Below the pieces are notes generated by a model, which saw only the letters and a program-made list of their open reading frames with translations, did no database searches and was not told the DNA's origin. From Octopus sinensis (Eukaryota): a stretch of 64,000 nt of DNA. The stretch lies in contig NC_043010.1 of NCBI RefSeq assembly GCF_006345805.1, positions 41,416,001 through 41,480,000 of the forward strand, written 5' to 3'. The position numbers were made by a program, and so were the translations under genes. This document shows positions 12,186 to 27,049 of this stretch, piece after piece. Positions within the stretch are counted from its first letter, which is position 1. Every line of letters starts with the position of its first letter.

Positions 12186-13012
12186 CCTCTATTTACATAA
12201 TATCGAGGTCTTATTCATTGTTTTGTTGTCTTACCATTACTATTAATATATATATATATATATATAAACATTGCAACACACATTTGTGTTTGTGTGTTTG
12301 TGTGTGTGTGTTTGTGTGTGTGTGTGTATGTGTGCATGTATGAATGTGTGCGTGCGCGCGCGTGTTTGTGTCTGAAAAACTTATTTACTAACAGAAAAGC
12401 ATGGTATTCACACTGTCGCCCTAATGAAACTCCTCGTACCTGCCAACACACGCACGGACAAACACGCACAGAGTCAGTGTGAATCATATACTATTATAGA
12501 ATGAGAAAGTTTGCCATGAGAATATGAAAGAGATAGATGAATGAGCGAGATCTTTTCTGGTCGGTGTCACAAGATTTTGAAATTTTAAAATCAAGTGAAA
12601 ATTTTCAAATTTGGTATATTGATGTAATTTTTCACGATGAATTCGAGTTTGTGATTCATTTATTCCAGGAAAAATTTTAGAAAAAATGTTACAGAGGTTT
12701 AACGTTTGATCATTCTTACCCAATCAGAAAACAAGATTTTTGTATGTGATAGCTGTGATAAAATGAAAGTAAAAGTTCGAAGATGAGGCGTTAAACAAAA
12801 TGAAAGCAATGTGTGAGATTTAATACATATACAAAGAGAGTATGGTAAATATATAGAGACAGTTTGATGGAGGATAAATATATATATATTATGTACACGC
12901 ATACACGCACATACACACAACTCAAGTTATTTTGTTACACGTAAGGAATACCCCCAGATACATACATACGTGCATACATGGGGTGTATGTATGTATGAAC
13001 GTATGTACGTAC

Positions 13013-13050
<38 letters not shown>

Positions 13051-13054
<4 letters not shown>

Positions 13055-13473
13055 GTAGGAGTGGCTGTGTGGTAAGTAGCTTGTTTACTAACCACATGGT
13101 TCCGGGTTCAGTCCCACAGCGTGGCTCCTTGGGCAAGTATCCTCTACAATAGCTTGGGGTCGACCAAAGCCTTGTGAGTGGATTTGGTAGATGGAAACTG
13201 AAAGAAGCCCGTCGTATATATGTATATATATATATGTGTGTGTGTGTATATGTTTGTGTGTCTGTGTTTGTCACCCCCAACATCGCTTGACAACCGATGC
13301 TGGTGTGTTTACGTCCCCGTTACTTAGCGGTTCGGCAAAAGAGACCGATAGAATAAGTACTGGGCTTACAAAGAATAAGTCCTGGGGTCGATTTGCTCGA
13401 CTAAAGGCGGTGCTTCAGCATGGTCACAATTAAAATGACTGAAACAAGTAAAAGAGTAAACAGAGTAAAAGAG
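13051..13473 (+). mobile_element. SINE family A, full length
   Basis: Complete head, body and GAGTAAAA-repeat tail. Confidence 0.92.
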
Positions 13474-13760
13474 TATAGCTATATTACTGTGGATGTATGC
13501 GTGTGTATGTGATTGTGAATAATTATACGTACATTGGTACAGTTATTTACGCATATGTATATCATAGCAGCTGAAACTTCCCTTATTTCAACTTTCACTT
13601 TTTAAAAAAAAAAAAAGTTATATTTTGTTTCAGTTTACAACAGTTCCTCCCGTCTGTATGCACTCAACCGTCATTCTTTCTCCCTGTATCTTATTCTCTC
13701 TCACACATATACACACTCAAGCATATGCATTACTTGCATACACAACATATGTATACACAT

Positions 13761-13835
<75 letters not shown>

Positions 13836-14032
13836 GTATATATACAAGATAAGAAAATGGAGAAATACATCTAAATCAAATATCAATTACCAGATAATAC
13901 TCAATAACATACTTTATTAAACCACCACATAAGAGACTGTAGGGTTAAATATAAAAAGCAGAACAAATCAGTGTACATAAAGGAATGTACATAAAAAAGT
14001 GTTTACAACCCCTATCTCAATTTGTATATAAT

Positions 14033-14111
<79 letters not shown>

Positions 14112-14211
14112 GTTAATCCAAACAAGAAAACAAGAACAAAAAAACAACAACGCAAGGACGTGGAACAAATAAAGTATTATTGGACGCTCAGGAAAGAAGG
14201 GAAGAAGGAGG

Positions 14212-14246
14212 ATTTGACGTTTCGAGCAGAGCTCTTCGTCGGAAAC
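14212..14246 (-). ncRNA. Minimal hammerhead-like motif, U4C variant
   Basis: Minus strand GTTT-CCGACGA-A-GAGC-TCT-GCTC-GAAAC-GTC-AAAT. Confidence 0.6.
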
Positions 14247-14314
14247 ATAGGAGAAGGAAAGATCCCGAGGAGGGAAGACAGGGGAAAAAAATCGCTAGTG
14301 ATACAGATGAGGTC

Positions 14315-14506
14315 GGAGAGTCATTCTCTTTTAGTGCCTTATTATATAACACACTCACCGGTAAAATTTCCACTTATTTCTTAATTTTATTTTCTAAAAT
14401 TTTCGTGGCGAAAATTTTAGAAAATAAAAATAAGAGATAAGAGATAAGTGGAAATTTTACCGGTGAGTGTGTTAAATAATAAGGCACTAAAAGAGAATGA
14501 CTCTCC
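14315..14506. repeat. Long foldback palindrome (about 90-bp arms)
   Basis: GGAGAGTCATTCTCTTTTAGTGCC ... GGCACTAAAAGAGAATGACTCTCC, centre near 14407. Confidence 0.9.
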
Positions 14507-14637
14507 CCAGACACAACAGAATATGCTTCAACACACGAACTCATATAAAGAATCTTGCAAATCAAATCCAAAAACGAAATATATATATACATACTTACAT
14601 ATAAGAGAATAAGATGTACGTACGCCGCAATAATATA

Positions 14638-15033
14638 TCTTTATATATAAAAGTAAGGTTGTGTGTCTGTCTCCTACGATTTAGATTCCTAACTACTCCC
14701 ACATTTTGCGGTGCAGTTTAACCAAAACCGGGTATCTTATAGTCGTGATTCATATCGAGCCCTTCTGGGTATTAGCGCGCGTCTACGATGAGTCTACGAT
14801 TTAAAAAAAAATTACCATCATTTTTTTCCATTTTAATGCATTTTTTCGCTATTATATAAGGGAAGTAACTCTCTAAAAATGTCTACGATGAGTCAACGAT
14901 TTAAAAAAAAATTACCATAATTTTCTTTCCATTTTTAATGCATTTTTTTGCTATTTTTTGGCTATTACTCTCTAAAAATGCTTATATAGTTACTTCCCTT
15001 ACAAACCCGAGCAACGCCGGGCGATACTGCTAG
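14638..15033 (+). mobile_element. Non-autonomous Helitron
   Basis: 5' TC, subterminal hairpin CCCGAGCAACGCCGGG, 3' CTAG, inserted between A and T; copies at 36423 and 37984. Confidence 0.88.
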
Positions 15034-15051
15034 TATATATATAAATATAAA

Positions 15052-15235
15052 ATGGGACAAGAACGCAAAACATTCAAATAGACGATACCAAAAACACGGA
15101 CGGGTCATTTGAAGCCTCTAATCTTCAGTCAAGAACCAGATCATCAGCCGAAATTGCGAGGATTAAAGATTAAAGGCTTCGAATGACCCGTCCGTGTTTT
15201 TTGTATCGTCTATTTGGATGTTTTGCGTTCTTGTC

Positions 15236-15239
<4 letters not shown>
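15052..15239. repeat. Foldback form of the 6128/59900 repeat family
   Basis: ATGGGACAAGAACGCAAAACAT ... ATGTTTTGCGTTCTTGTCCCAT with about 75-bp inverted arms. Confidence 0.85.
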
Positions 15240-15279
<40 letters not shown>

Positions 15280-15282
<3 letters not shown>

Positions 15283-15745
15283 ACAACTATCGTTATCTCA
15301 GGACCTATACAAAGGTTTTGAACACAAGTGACAATATATGTGCGAGTGTGTATGTGAATGTATTATTATACAATGTAAAAATATGTAGATGCATTTATAT
15401 ACACACACAACACATTCACATAATATTTATACTCACTCAGAGACACACACTCGTGCACATGCACTGAGCCTAAGTGGAACAAAAATTATACTGTTCAAAA
15501 TTTCATTTGAACCTATAACCTAGGTAGGGAATCACCTTAACCTCTCGGCCATCATAACACTTCCAGCCACTCATACCCATGCAAACGTATGCAAGTTGTT
15601 ATGTATGCGTACACATTATAAGTTACATGTGGTTGTATAAGAAGCCTATGTCTAAATATAGGCATTTGTATACAAATGCCTATATTTAGAAAAATAAGTA
15701 TATATGTATATATTCGTGTGCATGTGCCTGTGTGTGTGCGTATGC
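15280..15745 (+). repeat. Local dispersed duplication (copy 1; copy 2 at about 18521-19017)
   Basis: ACACAACTATCGTTATCTCAGG...GTGTGTGCGTAT is collinear in both copies. Confidence 0.85.
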
Positions 15746-15789
15746 GCGCCTCTTTGTGTACATTCATACACATGCATCCTGCATCTTGT

Positions 15790-15903
15790 AGCGCACCTGC
15801 GACGGACCGGCGTCCCGTCCAGGTGGGGAACCTATACGCCAAGAAAACCGGGAAACCGGCCCTTATGAGCCAGACATGGCTCGAGAAGGAACAAACAAAC
15901 AAA
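15790..15903 (+). mobile_element. V-SINE-like 3' fragment
   Basis: CCTGCGACGGACCGGCGTCCCGTCCAGG resembles the V-domain motif; ends in a (CAAA)n tail. Confidence 0.5.
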
Positions 15904-16020
15904 AATACACGTACACACAGCTGCATGTATTTGAGTGTGTATGTATATATGCACGCACGTGTATTTGTGTATATACACACCAACACATGTATATATGCAT
16001 AAATGCTTATTATATACGTA

Positions 16021-16254
16021 TACTCTTTTTACTCTCTTTTACTTGTTTCAGTCATTTGACTGCAGCCATGCTGGAGCACCGCCTTTAATCGAGCAACTCG
16101 ACCCCGGGACTTATTCTTTGTAAGCTTAGTACTTATTCTATCGGTCTCTTTTGCCGAACCGCTAAGTAACGGGGACATAAGCACACCAGCATCGGTTGTC
16201 AAGCAGTGCTAGGGGGACAAACACAGACACACAAACCACACACGCATATATATA

Positions 16255-16311
<57 letters not shown>

Positions 16312-16409
16312 GGACGGGCTCTTTCAGTTTCCGTCTACCAAAACCACTCACAAGGCTTTGGTCGGCCCTTGGCTATAGTAGAAGACACTTGCCCAAGGTG
16401 CCACGCAGT
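16021..16409 (-). mobile_element. SINE family A, 5'-truncated
   Basis: Reverse complement of the family A body and tail. Confidence 0.9.
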
Positions 16410-16465
16410 ATATATCAGGTAATATGATGTAATATAATACAATAAAATATGATATGATATGATAT

Positions 16466-16670
16466 TGGTTTCACATTTTGGCACAAGGCCAGTAATGTCG
16501 TGGGCGCGGGGTAAGTCGATTGCATCGAAACCCAGTGCTTAACTGGTACTTATTTTATCGTTCCCGATATGGTGAAAGGCAAAGTTGACTTTGGTGGAAT
16601 TTGAACTCGGAACATAAAGACGGACAAAACTCTGCTAAGCATTTGGCACGGATTCTGCTCGCTTCCTGCT
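16466..16670 (-). mobile_element. SINE family B, diverged
   Basis: AAAGGCAAAGTTGACTTTGGTGGAATTTGAACTC core. Confidence 0.75.
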
Positions 16671-16858
16671 AGTATGATATAATATGATATATGAGATAAT
16701 ATAATATAATACACACATGCACACACACACGCGCGCGTGTGTATATACCAATAGACCTGGGCTGTAACAGGTTTCAAAACTTTTGAACAAACGTCGTGAA
16801 TGCACTGGACTTAAACTCCCGCAAGCGCATGCATGTGCATTCGTCTATCTGTAAACAC

Positions 16859-16954
<96 letters not shown>

Positions 16955-17269
16955 CACATACGCATATAAACACAAGCACACACATACATGATGCATACAG
17001 AGAGGTGCTTGGAAACATTTCTGTATTAATATGCGATTTGACGATTGCCTTTCCCAGTAAGAAAGATATGGAAAGGATGTCGACCTGAAAAATAACGATA
17101 TCATACGTATATGTCTGAATATGTATATACACAACACACACATGCACACAGACAACACACAACACACACCACACACACACACACACACAAGCACACACAC
17201 AAGCACACACACACACACTCACAGCTGTACGTGTAAACTAGCATCGTAATGATAATTTTAAGAACAAGA

Positions 17270-18453
<1,184 letters not shown>

Positions 18454-19585
18454 TATTTATGAGTACATACACACACATAAGCACATTTATATATATTTAT
18501 ATATATGTGCAGATACATATACACAACTATCGTTATCTCAGGTCCTATGCAAAGGTTTTGAACACAAGTGACAATATATGTGCGAGTGTGTTTGTGAATG
18601 TATTATTATACAATGTAAAAATATGTAGATGTATTTATATACACACGCAACACATTCACATAATACTTATACTCACTCAGAGACACACACACTCGCACAC
18701 ACGCATGTGCACGGCTACTCAGGTGAACTGAGCCCAAAGTGGAACAAAAATTATACTTTTCAAAAGTTCATTTGAACCTATAACCTAGGGAGCGAATTCC
18801 CTTAACCCCTCGGCCTTCATAACACTTCCAACGACTCATATCCATGCAAACGTATGCAAGTTGTTTCATATGCGTATACATTATAAGTTACATGTGGTTG
18901 TATAAGAAGCCTATGTCTAAATATAGGCATTTCTATATAAACGTGTGCGTATTAATCATATGTAGAAAAATAAGTATATATGTATATATTCGTGTGCGTG
19001 TGCCTGTGTGTGCGTATCGCCCAAAGAGGCACAACCACTGCCTTCATAGTTGCCGAAACGAGAGGGTCAATCTACATTCCAAATCTTGGAATTTTTTTCT
19101 ATGAACAAAATTTTATATTTTTGATTCACCCGAATTATACATCAACAAAACGCGTCTGAAACAGCTGTAGCGAACCTTTGACCCATTCGTGCTCTTGTTT
19201 TACATAAACATCATTCCTGGAACCTTCCCTATGTTGCATCTGGAATTTACATTGGCTCGTGAAACTGCATGCCGGTGTGCATGGGTATATAATTTCATGT
19301 GCATGTATATTTATATCTATGTGTATAATTGTGTGTGCATGTACATGTATATGTATGTGTAAGTGTGGGAGTATGTCTGTAGATGCATGGACATGTACGG
19401 GTATATTTGTATGTGGTATGTACACGGATGTGCGGAATCAGCTCATGCACGATGTCCTTGAAATTCAAATATCTTGATTCAAATGAATCCTACAAATAGT
19501 TAATAATTAATAATAATGATAGTCCTTTCTGCTATAGTAACAAAGCAAGAAATTTTGGGAGAGTGAACTAGTCGCAGAGTGAATA

Positions 19586-20003
19586 GGCGCAGGAGTGGCT
19601 GTGTGGTAAGTAGCTTGCTTACCAGCCACATGGTTCCGGGTTCAGCCCCACTGCGTAACACCTTGGGCAAGTGTCTTCTACTATAGCCTCGGGCTGACCA
19701 AAGTCTTGTGAGTGGATTTGGTAGACGGAAACTGAAAGAAGCCCGACGTATATATATATATATGTATGTATGTATGTATGTGTGTGTATATGTTTGTGTG
19801 TCTGTGTTTGTCCCCCTAGTATTGCTTGACAACCGATGCTGGTGTGTTTATGTCCCCGTCACTTAGCGGTTCGGCAAAAGAGACCGATAGAATAAGTACT
19901 GGGCTTACAAAGAATAAGTCCCGGGGTCGAGTTGCTCGATTAAAGGTGGTGCTCCAGCATGGCCGCAGTCAAATGACTGAAACAGGTAAAAGAGTAAAAG
20001 AGT
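19586..20003 (+). mobile_element. SINE family A, full length
   Basis: Complete consensus match. Confidence 0.92.
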
Positions 20004-20014
20004 AGTCCATCATA

Positions 20015-20371
20015 TCATCCCAGTGTTTCACTGGTACTTAATTTATTGACAACTCGGCAGAATTGAACTCAGAATGTAAGGTTGGGCGAATTGCCGCAGT
20101 CCATTGTGCCTGGCGTGCTAACGATTCTGCCAGCTCACCGCCTTTAATATAATAATAACGATTTCAAATTTTGCCACAAGAGCAGAAGTTTTGGGGAGGG
20201 GATGAGTCGATTATATCGACCCCAGTTTTGAACTGAAACTTATTTTATCAACCCCGAAAGGATGAAAGGCAAGGTCAATCACGGCGGAACTTGAACTCAG
20301 AACGGAGCGACGGGCGAAATATCGCTAAGCATTTCGTCCAGCGCGCTAACGGTACTGCCAGCTCGCCGCCT
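20015..20371 (-). mobile_element. Two diverged SINE family B copies
   Basis: Heads GGCGG(T/C)GAGCTGGCAG at about 20143 and 20370. Confidence 0.8.
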
Positions 20372-20424
20372 GAATAATAATAATAATAATGATAATAATA
20401 ATATTAATAATAATAATAATAATA

Positions 20425-20463
<39 letters not shown>

Positions 20464-20520
20464 TTAATAATAATAATAATAATAATAATGATAATATTAA
20501 TGATAATAATAATAATAATG

Positions 20521-20590
<70 letters not shown>

Positions 20591-20607
20591 TGATGATGAT
20601 GATGATA

Positions 20608-21700
20608 ATCCTTTCTTTATTGGCTACAAGGGTCGAACACAAAGACAATTAAGGACAATACAAAACAAGGGACAAGTGGGGTTTAAAATAGAAAACTTGT
20701 AAACAATAAAAAATCTAAAAAGTTAACAAAAAATTAAACAACAAAATTCCCCAACGGGGGTCCACCCCAGGCCAACCAGGGTACCCCACACATCCTGGTC
20801 ACGCCGAATGCCAATGGCACACCAGGGAGGCACGCCTCCTCCCCTCAACTGCTCTGGCTTACAGACGAATATTCAAAGTAGGCTAATTCACACGATTCAT
20901 TTTCGCAACATTCACCCACCTTTCAACAAACTTACTAGTGGGGGAGGGGGCAATTCTTCTCTCTCTACTTTCCTATTAAAGCGGAACCTGAAAAAGTTGA
21001 TGAAGGGCTCGGCCGAAGAGGAAAATGTCTGTCTTCAATCATTTCAACCTCGTCAATCACACTACCTCTTTCGCTGTAGCCACCAGGCAGAGGAAAACTG
21101 CCTTTCCCTCCCGGCCAAAAGAAAGCAGTGGGGAGATCTTCACAATAGACTCGGCTGAAAACCGGATCCGTCCTGCACGTGACAACAGCTGTTCGACAAA
21201 GCTCCACATGTCAGTATTGCGTGGACACTGGACGAGTGCATGCAGGACAGTTTCATCGCTCTGTGCACACCTTGGACTGGTCCGTCTGACAGCACTTTCA
21301 TGTCTGTAGAGCTTGCCTTAAACCGGCAGAGCTCCCCGGTAGTACTACCAGGCCAGGGATTTCTGGAAGTTATCTATAGGCCTTGGCCCGAAAGTCCTCC
21401 GGAAAAGACCAGTTAGTTGTTACCTCTCGATGCCCAGAGTTTCCTCGAGTACGTCGTCGCTCTTTCCCTACATTAATCTTCTATAGAACTCCAATGACCG
21501 CGTTGCCCGACTGGCAGAAGGCCTTGAGCGCTTGCCGACACTCCAGGTGCTAAGCGCTCTTTCTTGATCTGCGCTTGACCATGGACTGTAGGTAGCTTCA
21601 TCAATGAGGCAAGCTGCAGAAGGTCCCTTTTGACGAACGGTGACCACACCTGCTCACCGCTTTCTGTGAACGAGTAACGTTCTACTTGTAAGGCGCTCCA
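20608..21700 (-). mobile_element. Tx1-like LINE 3' part with (ATT)n tail
   Basis: Minus strand EQVWSPFVKR, NFQKSLAW..YRGALPV, CPRCAQSDETVLHALVQCP; AATAAA followed by (ATT)n at 20372-20608. Confidence 0.85.
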
Positions 21701-21729
21701 TCTGTTGTCAACAGCCACTGAATGGAGAT

Positions 21730-22425
21730 CTGAGCATTATACATGGTTGCTGATGCGCTGACATGCCCTTAGGGTGCGGCATCTCCAGTGTTTCCTGGAC
21801 GGTGAGCAGGTGTTGTGGCCGTTTGTCAGACTTGCTCTTCTACAACTCGTCTCTGTGACTGAGCTGCGATTCTGAATTAGGCGTAGACCGAGGAAGGGTG
21901 CTTGGCACCTCGAGTGCCGTCAAGTGCTCACAGCTCTCTGCTAGGCGGGCAATGCGATCGGTAGTAGTTCCACTCTAGCGTTCTATAGAGGGTTAGTGGG
22001 AGAAAAGTGCGACGACGTTCCCGGGAAACTTTAGGCGTCGACGAGGTTCAACTTACTGGTCTGTTTCGGACCGGGCCCTATGGATAACTTCCAAAAATCC
22101 CTTGGCTGGCAGTGCTACCGAGGGGCGCTGCCCGTTCGGGATTACCTTTACAGGCACGGAGGTGCACTTAGAGCGACGAAACCATTCTGTACGCCTTCGT
22201 CCAGTGGCCGAGCATTTCTGACCTGTGGGTTTATGTATGTAAGACGGATCCAGCTATCAGCTGATTTCATTGTGAAGATTGCCCCGCCGGCCTCCTTTAA
22301 CCAGGAGGGGCAGGTAATTGTTATTTGTCTAATGGCTGTAGCAAAAGAGGTAGTATGGTAGTATGGTGGACGTGTTTGAAAGGGCTAAAGACGGACACTT
22401 TCTTCTTTGGTCAATACCTCATCAA
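21730..22425 (+). mobile_element. Tx1-like LINE ORF2 fragment
   Basis: WLLMR.HALRVRHL, GPMDNFQKSLGWQCYRGALPVRD, CLMAVAKEVVW. Confidence 0.8.
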
Positions 22426-22439
22426 GTGTTTTTGCTTAA

Positions 22440-22590
22440 CAGCATTTCACCGTCGCTACGTTCTGAGTTCAAATTTCGCCGAGGTCGACTTTCGGAGTCA
22501 ATAAATTAAGTACGAGTGAAAAATGGGGTCGATGTAATTGATTTACCCCCTCACCCAAAATAGCTGCCCTTGTGGCAAAATTTGAAACCA
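22440..22590 (+). mobile_element. SINE family B fragment
   Basis: TACGTTCTGAGTTCAAATTTCGCCGAGGTCGACTTT. Confidence 0.75.
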
Positions 22591-22615
22591 TTATTATTGT
22601 TGTTGTCGTTGTGAT

Positions 22616-22656
<41 letters not shown>

Positions 22657-23138
22657 TAATAATTATAATTATTATTATTATCAATAATAATATGACCGCC
22701 ATACTGTGAAGTCACGGAAATTTGGTGCCCCGTAAGTTAAAAAGGGGTTTGTAATCTTTTCGGCCTCCTAAGTGTTTTTATTTTTATTGTTACCATTACA
22801 TTTCTGATGTAATGCATTTTTATGTAGAAACACCCCCTGTTTTGCAGGGAGTGCGCGTCAATAATTTTTAAAATTTTACTTTCGGTTAAAGTAAATACTT
22901 TGCAATTTTCTGTAATTATTTAAAGATGGCTAATAAAGAAGCGCGCTCCTTGTCGGTAAAATTGAGAACGAGGAAAGGATTGAGAATATGAATATCGAAT
23001 GGCTAAACTTAATGACCTCTCTAAGCAACGTTAAAACTTTCGATGTCAACAACGAGAACAACAACAACAACAACAATAACAGCAGCAGTGACAGCAGCAA
23101 CAGCAACAGCAACAACAACAGCAACAACAATAATAATA

Positions 23139-23310
23139 ATATTTCTTTACTGCCCACAAGGGGCTAAACATAGAGGAGACAAACAAGGACAGACACAGGG
23201 ACCAAGTCGATTTCATCGACCCCAGTCCGAAACTGGTACTTCATTTATCGACCCCGAAAGGATGAAAGGTAAAGTCGACCTCGGCGGAATTTGAACTCAG
23301 AACGTAACGG
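23139..23310 (-). mobile_element. SINE family B, headless unit
   Basis: Family B core and tail. Confidence 0.85.
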
Positions 23311-23319
23311 GTAAAAATC

Positions 23320-24020
23320 GACAATATCAAACTGCGTAAATTTGCAGATATTCTTATGGCTAATGCCTTTGAACCAGTCTATCACTGACTTGCAATTTTT
23401 TCAAATTCGTAGATTTAATTTCAGTTTTAGCGGGATTAATTAGTCTCCATTTAGGATTTCTATCGAAATTAGCTTTGTGGTCTTTTAGGGTAATAAAGAA
23501 TTGGCGTGGGGAAAGTATTGTATCTTATCACTAACTTTAAAGTTGTTAGCCATTCTTCTTGCCTCCAAATTCACCACTTTATATAAATTTGCGTTATCTT
23601 TTTTGTAGGTGTCTGTAATGCTGTTCGAATGTAGACGTTTATAAACATCTTTGTCAACCGAGTATAAAATTTTTGTCTTTTCGGAGTTTACGAAAATCTT
23701 ATCGAAATTCTTTATGTCTCTAAGTCTTTCCTTCATATCTCTGGAGTTGGTCGTTGAATTTTCGGAATTTAATTTTTATAATAAGCCCGAAAAGGTATTT
23801 TTCAAAGGCTTCCAATTCCGAAATAGGTGGTGGATTTTTGGAAGATTTAAGTCCGTAGTTGTTTCCGATAGATTTTTGCTTTCTATCAAAGAAGAAGGCT
23901 TTCTATCTCATTCTTCGAATAAACTCCTCTGTTTTTTCGATAAGACTCTTGAAGTATTGCTTCAGTGCCGGGAAGGGGATATTTTTTAGAGAAAAATCAA
24001 ATGGATAAAGTTCTATAAAT
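23320..24020 (-). mobile_element. Penelope-like RT N-terminal remnant
   Basis: NIPFPALKQYFKSLIEKTEEFIRRMR, ITDTYKK and ITLKDHKANFDRNPKWRLINPAKTEI, characteristic of PLE RT. Confidence 0.8.
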
Positions 24021-24252
24021 AATTCTATAAATAATTAGCTGTAAAATATTAATAAAAAAATAAATCCCAAACTCGAGTTTGGGATTAACTAATTAATTTG
24101 GTTCGTTCTAGTGTTATAACGGCGTATTTTATACACTCTTATATCTTTAAAAATATGTCTTATGACTTTTATTTATGCATGTTAACCACTGGTAATAAAT
24201 TATTTTAATTTATTACCCTCATATTTACGATACACACACACGCATATATATA

Positions 24253-24625
<373 letters not shown>

Positions 24626-24950
24626 CAATTACTTTACGCTTGATAGCGGTTATATACTCTGTTATTGTGAGGGCCAACAAGGTCTAAGGTAGTATTTCCG
24701 GGTTTTCAGTAGCCAATGACTTGAAAATCATCAGTAGGGCTGCTGGTTTGTGTGCAGTTACCGAGTGCATATACACACCCAGGAGCACATATTCCACAAA
24801 AATATGTGTATGCATATATATATGTGTGTGTGCGTGTGTGTGTGTGTGTGTGCATATGCATACATATATTCATATATATACATACACATGCATACACACA
24901 CGCACACACACACTCATATTTACATACATATACATATACATAAATTTATT

Positions 24951-25383
24951 CAGGAGTGGCTGTGTGGCATAGGCGTAGGAGTGGCTGTGTGGTAAGTAGC
25001 TTGTTTACCAACCACATGGTTCAGGGTTCGGTCCCACTGCGTGACACATTGGGCAAGTGTCTTCTACTATAGCCTCGGGCCGACCAAAGCCTTGTGAGTG
25101 GATTTGGTAGACGGAAACTGAAAGAAGCCCGTCGTATATATGTATATATCCATGCTTGTGTGTGTTTGTGTGTCTGAGTTTGTCCCCCTAGCATTGCTTG
25201 ACAACCGATGCTGGTGTGTTTATGTACCCGTTACTTAGCGGTTCGGCAAAAGAGACCGATAGAATAAGTACTGGGCTTACAAAAGAATATGTCCCGGGGT
25301 CGAGTTGCTCGATTAAAGGCGGTGCTCCAGCATGGCCGCAGTCAAATGACTGAAACAAGTAAAAGTGTAAAAGAGAAAAAGAG
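24951..25383 (+). mobile_element. SINE family A
   Basis: Full consensus with duplicated head start. Confidence 0.9.
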
Positions 25384-25562
25384 TAATATATGTGTGTACT
25401 TGTATGTGTGAATGTGTGTATGCGTGTGTGTGTATGTGTGTGTGTGTTCATATTTGAGATATTTGGTTACATTAATATTTTAAATACAGCACTGTGTGTG
25501 ATATTAAAGCAAGTATTCTAATAACAATAACGCAGTCTCATACAAACATGTAAAAACAAACA

Positions 25563-25628
25563 TAAACACACCAGCATCGGTTGTCAAGCAACGCTAGGGG
25601 GACAAACACAGACACACAAACATACACG

Positions 25629-25708
<80 letters not shown>

Positions 25709-25880
25709 CATATATACGACGGGCTTCTTTCAGTTTCCGTCTAACAAATCCACTCACAAGGCTTTGGTCGGCCCGAGGCTATAGTAGAAGACACTTTCCC
25801 AAGGTGCCACGCAGTGGGACTGAACCCGGAGCCATGTGGTTGGTAAACAAGCTACTTACCACACAGCCACTCCTGCGCCT
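25563..25880 (-). mobile_element. SINE family A, 3'-truncated
   Basis: Reverse complement of head and body. Confidence 0.88.
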
Positions 25881-26030
25881 ATATTTCTCTTACATGTAGC
25901 AACATTAATTATAGGATACAGACAGACGCACACTGACATACATAGATATATATATATATGTGTGTGAATGTATGTATAATATATGTGCTCGAATGTGAAT
26001 GTATGTATAGTATATGTGCTCATGTGTGAG

Positions 26031-26063
<33 letters not shown>

Positions 26064-27049
26064 AGATACTTACATACATATGTACACACATATGCACACG
26101 CATAGAGACACATACATGTATAAGTATATGTATATGTATTATATGTATATGCTTGTGTGTGTGTGTGGGTGTATAGGTGGATGTGTTTGTGTGTGTATGC
26201 GTGTTTGTTTGCATATTATATGTTAAGTCTCTTGACATACATATGCAGAAAGGGTATCACAATTAGCAAAGAAAAACCTTCGAGCAGTGAAGGCATAGAA
26301 AAATCTAGACCATCTCACTCCACTCTCCATTTTTCCTATTCATATTTTCAATCCAACCTTATTCCACACTCCCTTGAGACTAACTGGTGTTTTAATCGTA
26401 ATATGCAAAAAGTACGCCTAAGTACTAGTTTTACAACCAATTAGAACTATTAAATCTTGTGCTTCATATGTATTATGTAGTACATTTATCATTTCTGGAA
26501 ACATGCAGACTAGACCAAATTATACCGGACTGTCTTATGTCAAATATACCAATGTGTGCATCTCGGCCTTACGCGTTATTGCTTCAAAAGTTTAAATTGA
26601 TTTCACATAATTAGTATTGCTTGGTGCAGACATTAAGGAGAATTTGAGTGTCCTTGAACAGGTATGTTCTTCAAAAAATCGTTTCAAGTATTTCTGTAAT
26701 TGTGAGATGAACTTTGAAAAAAAAAGGAAATTTCGTCCTCGAAGCCAAAAATGAAAAGAAGCTGAAAAAGCGGGTTTTCCATTCTTCTAGGTAAGGGAAC
26801 ATTTTGGTTGAGAAAATGCCAAACCAAATGTCCAAACAAGGGAAAAACACCATGAATGCATCCAGAAGAAAAATAAACAATACAACAAATGTAAGAAAAG
26901 GCAAGTACAAATATAAGAAAATAGCAGGTACTGAAGGCCAGTTTTTATATATAAATGTAGTTACAAAATCTCTTGGGCCAGTGGTCTCGACGACCACTGC
27001 GGGTTGTCGTTCCGTGTGTTGGTGGAAGTGGAGATGGCGTGTGTGGAGC

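Noticed and set aside
15100-15200. Hammerhead in the ATGGGACAAG repeat family (CTGAAGA on the minus strand)
   Set aside because: I could not build helix II with GAAA and NUH around it
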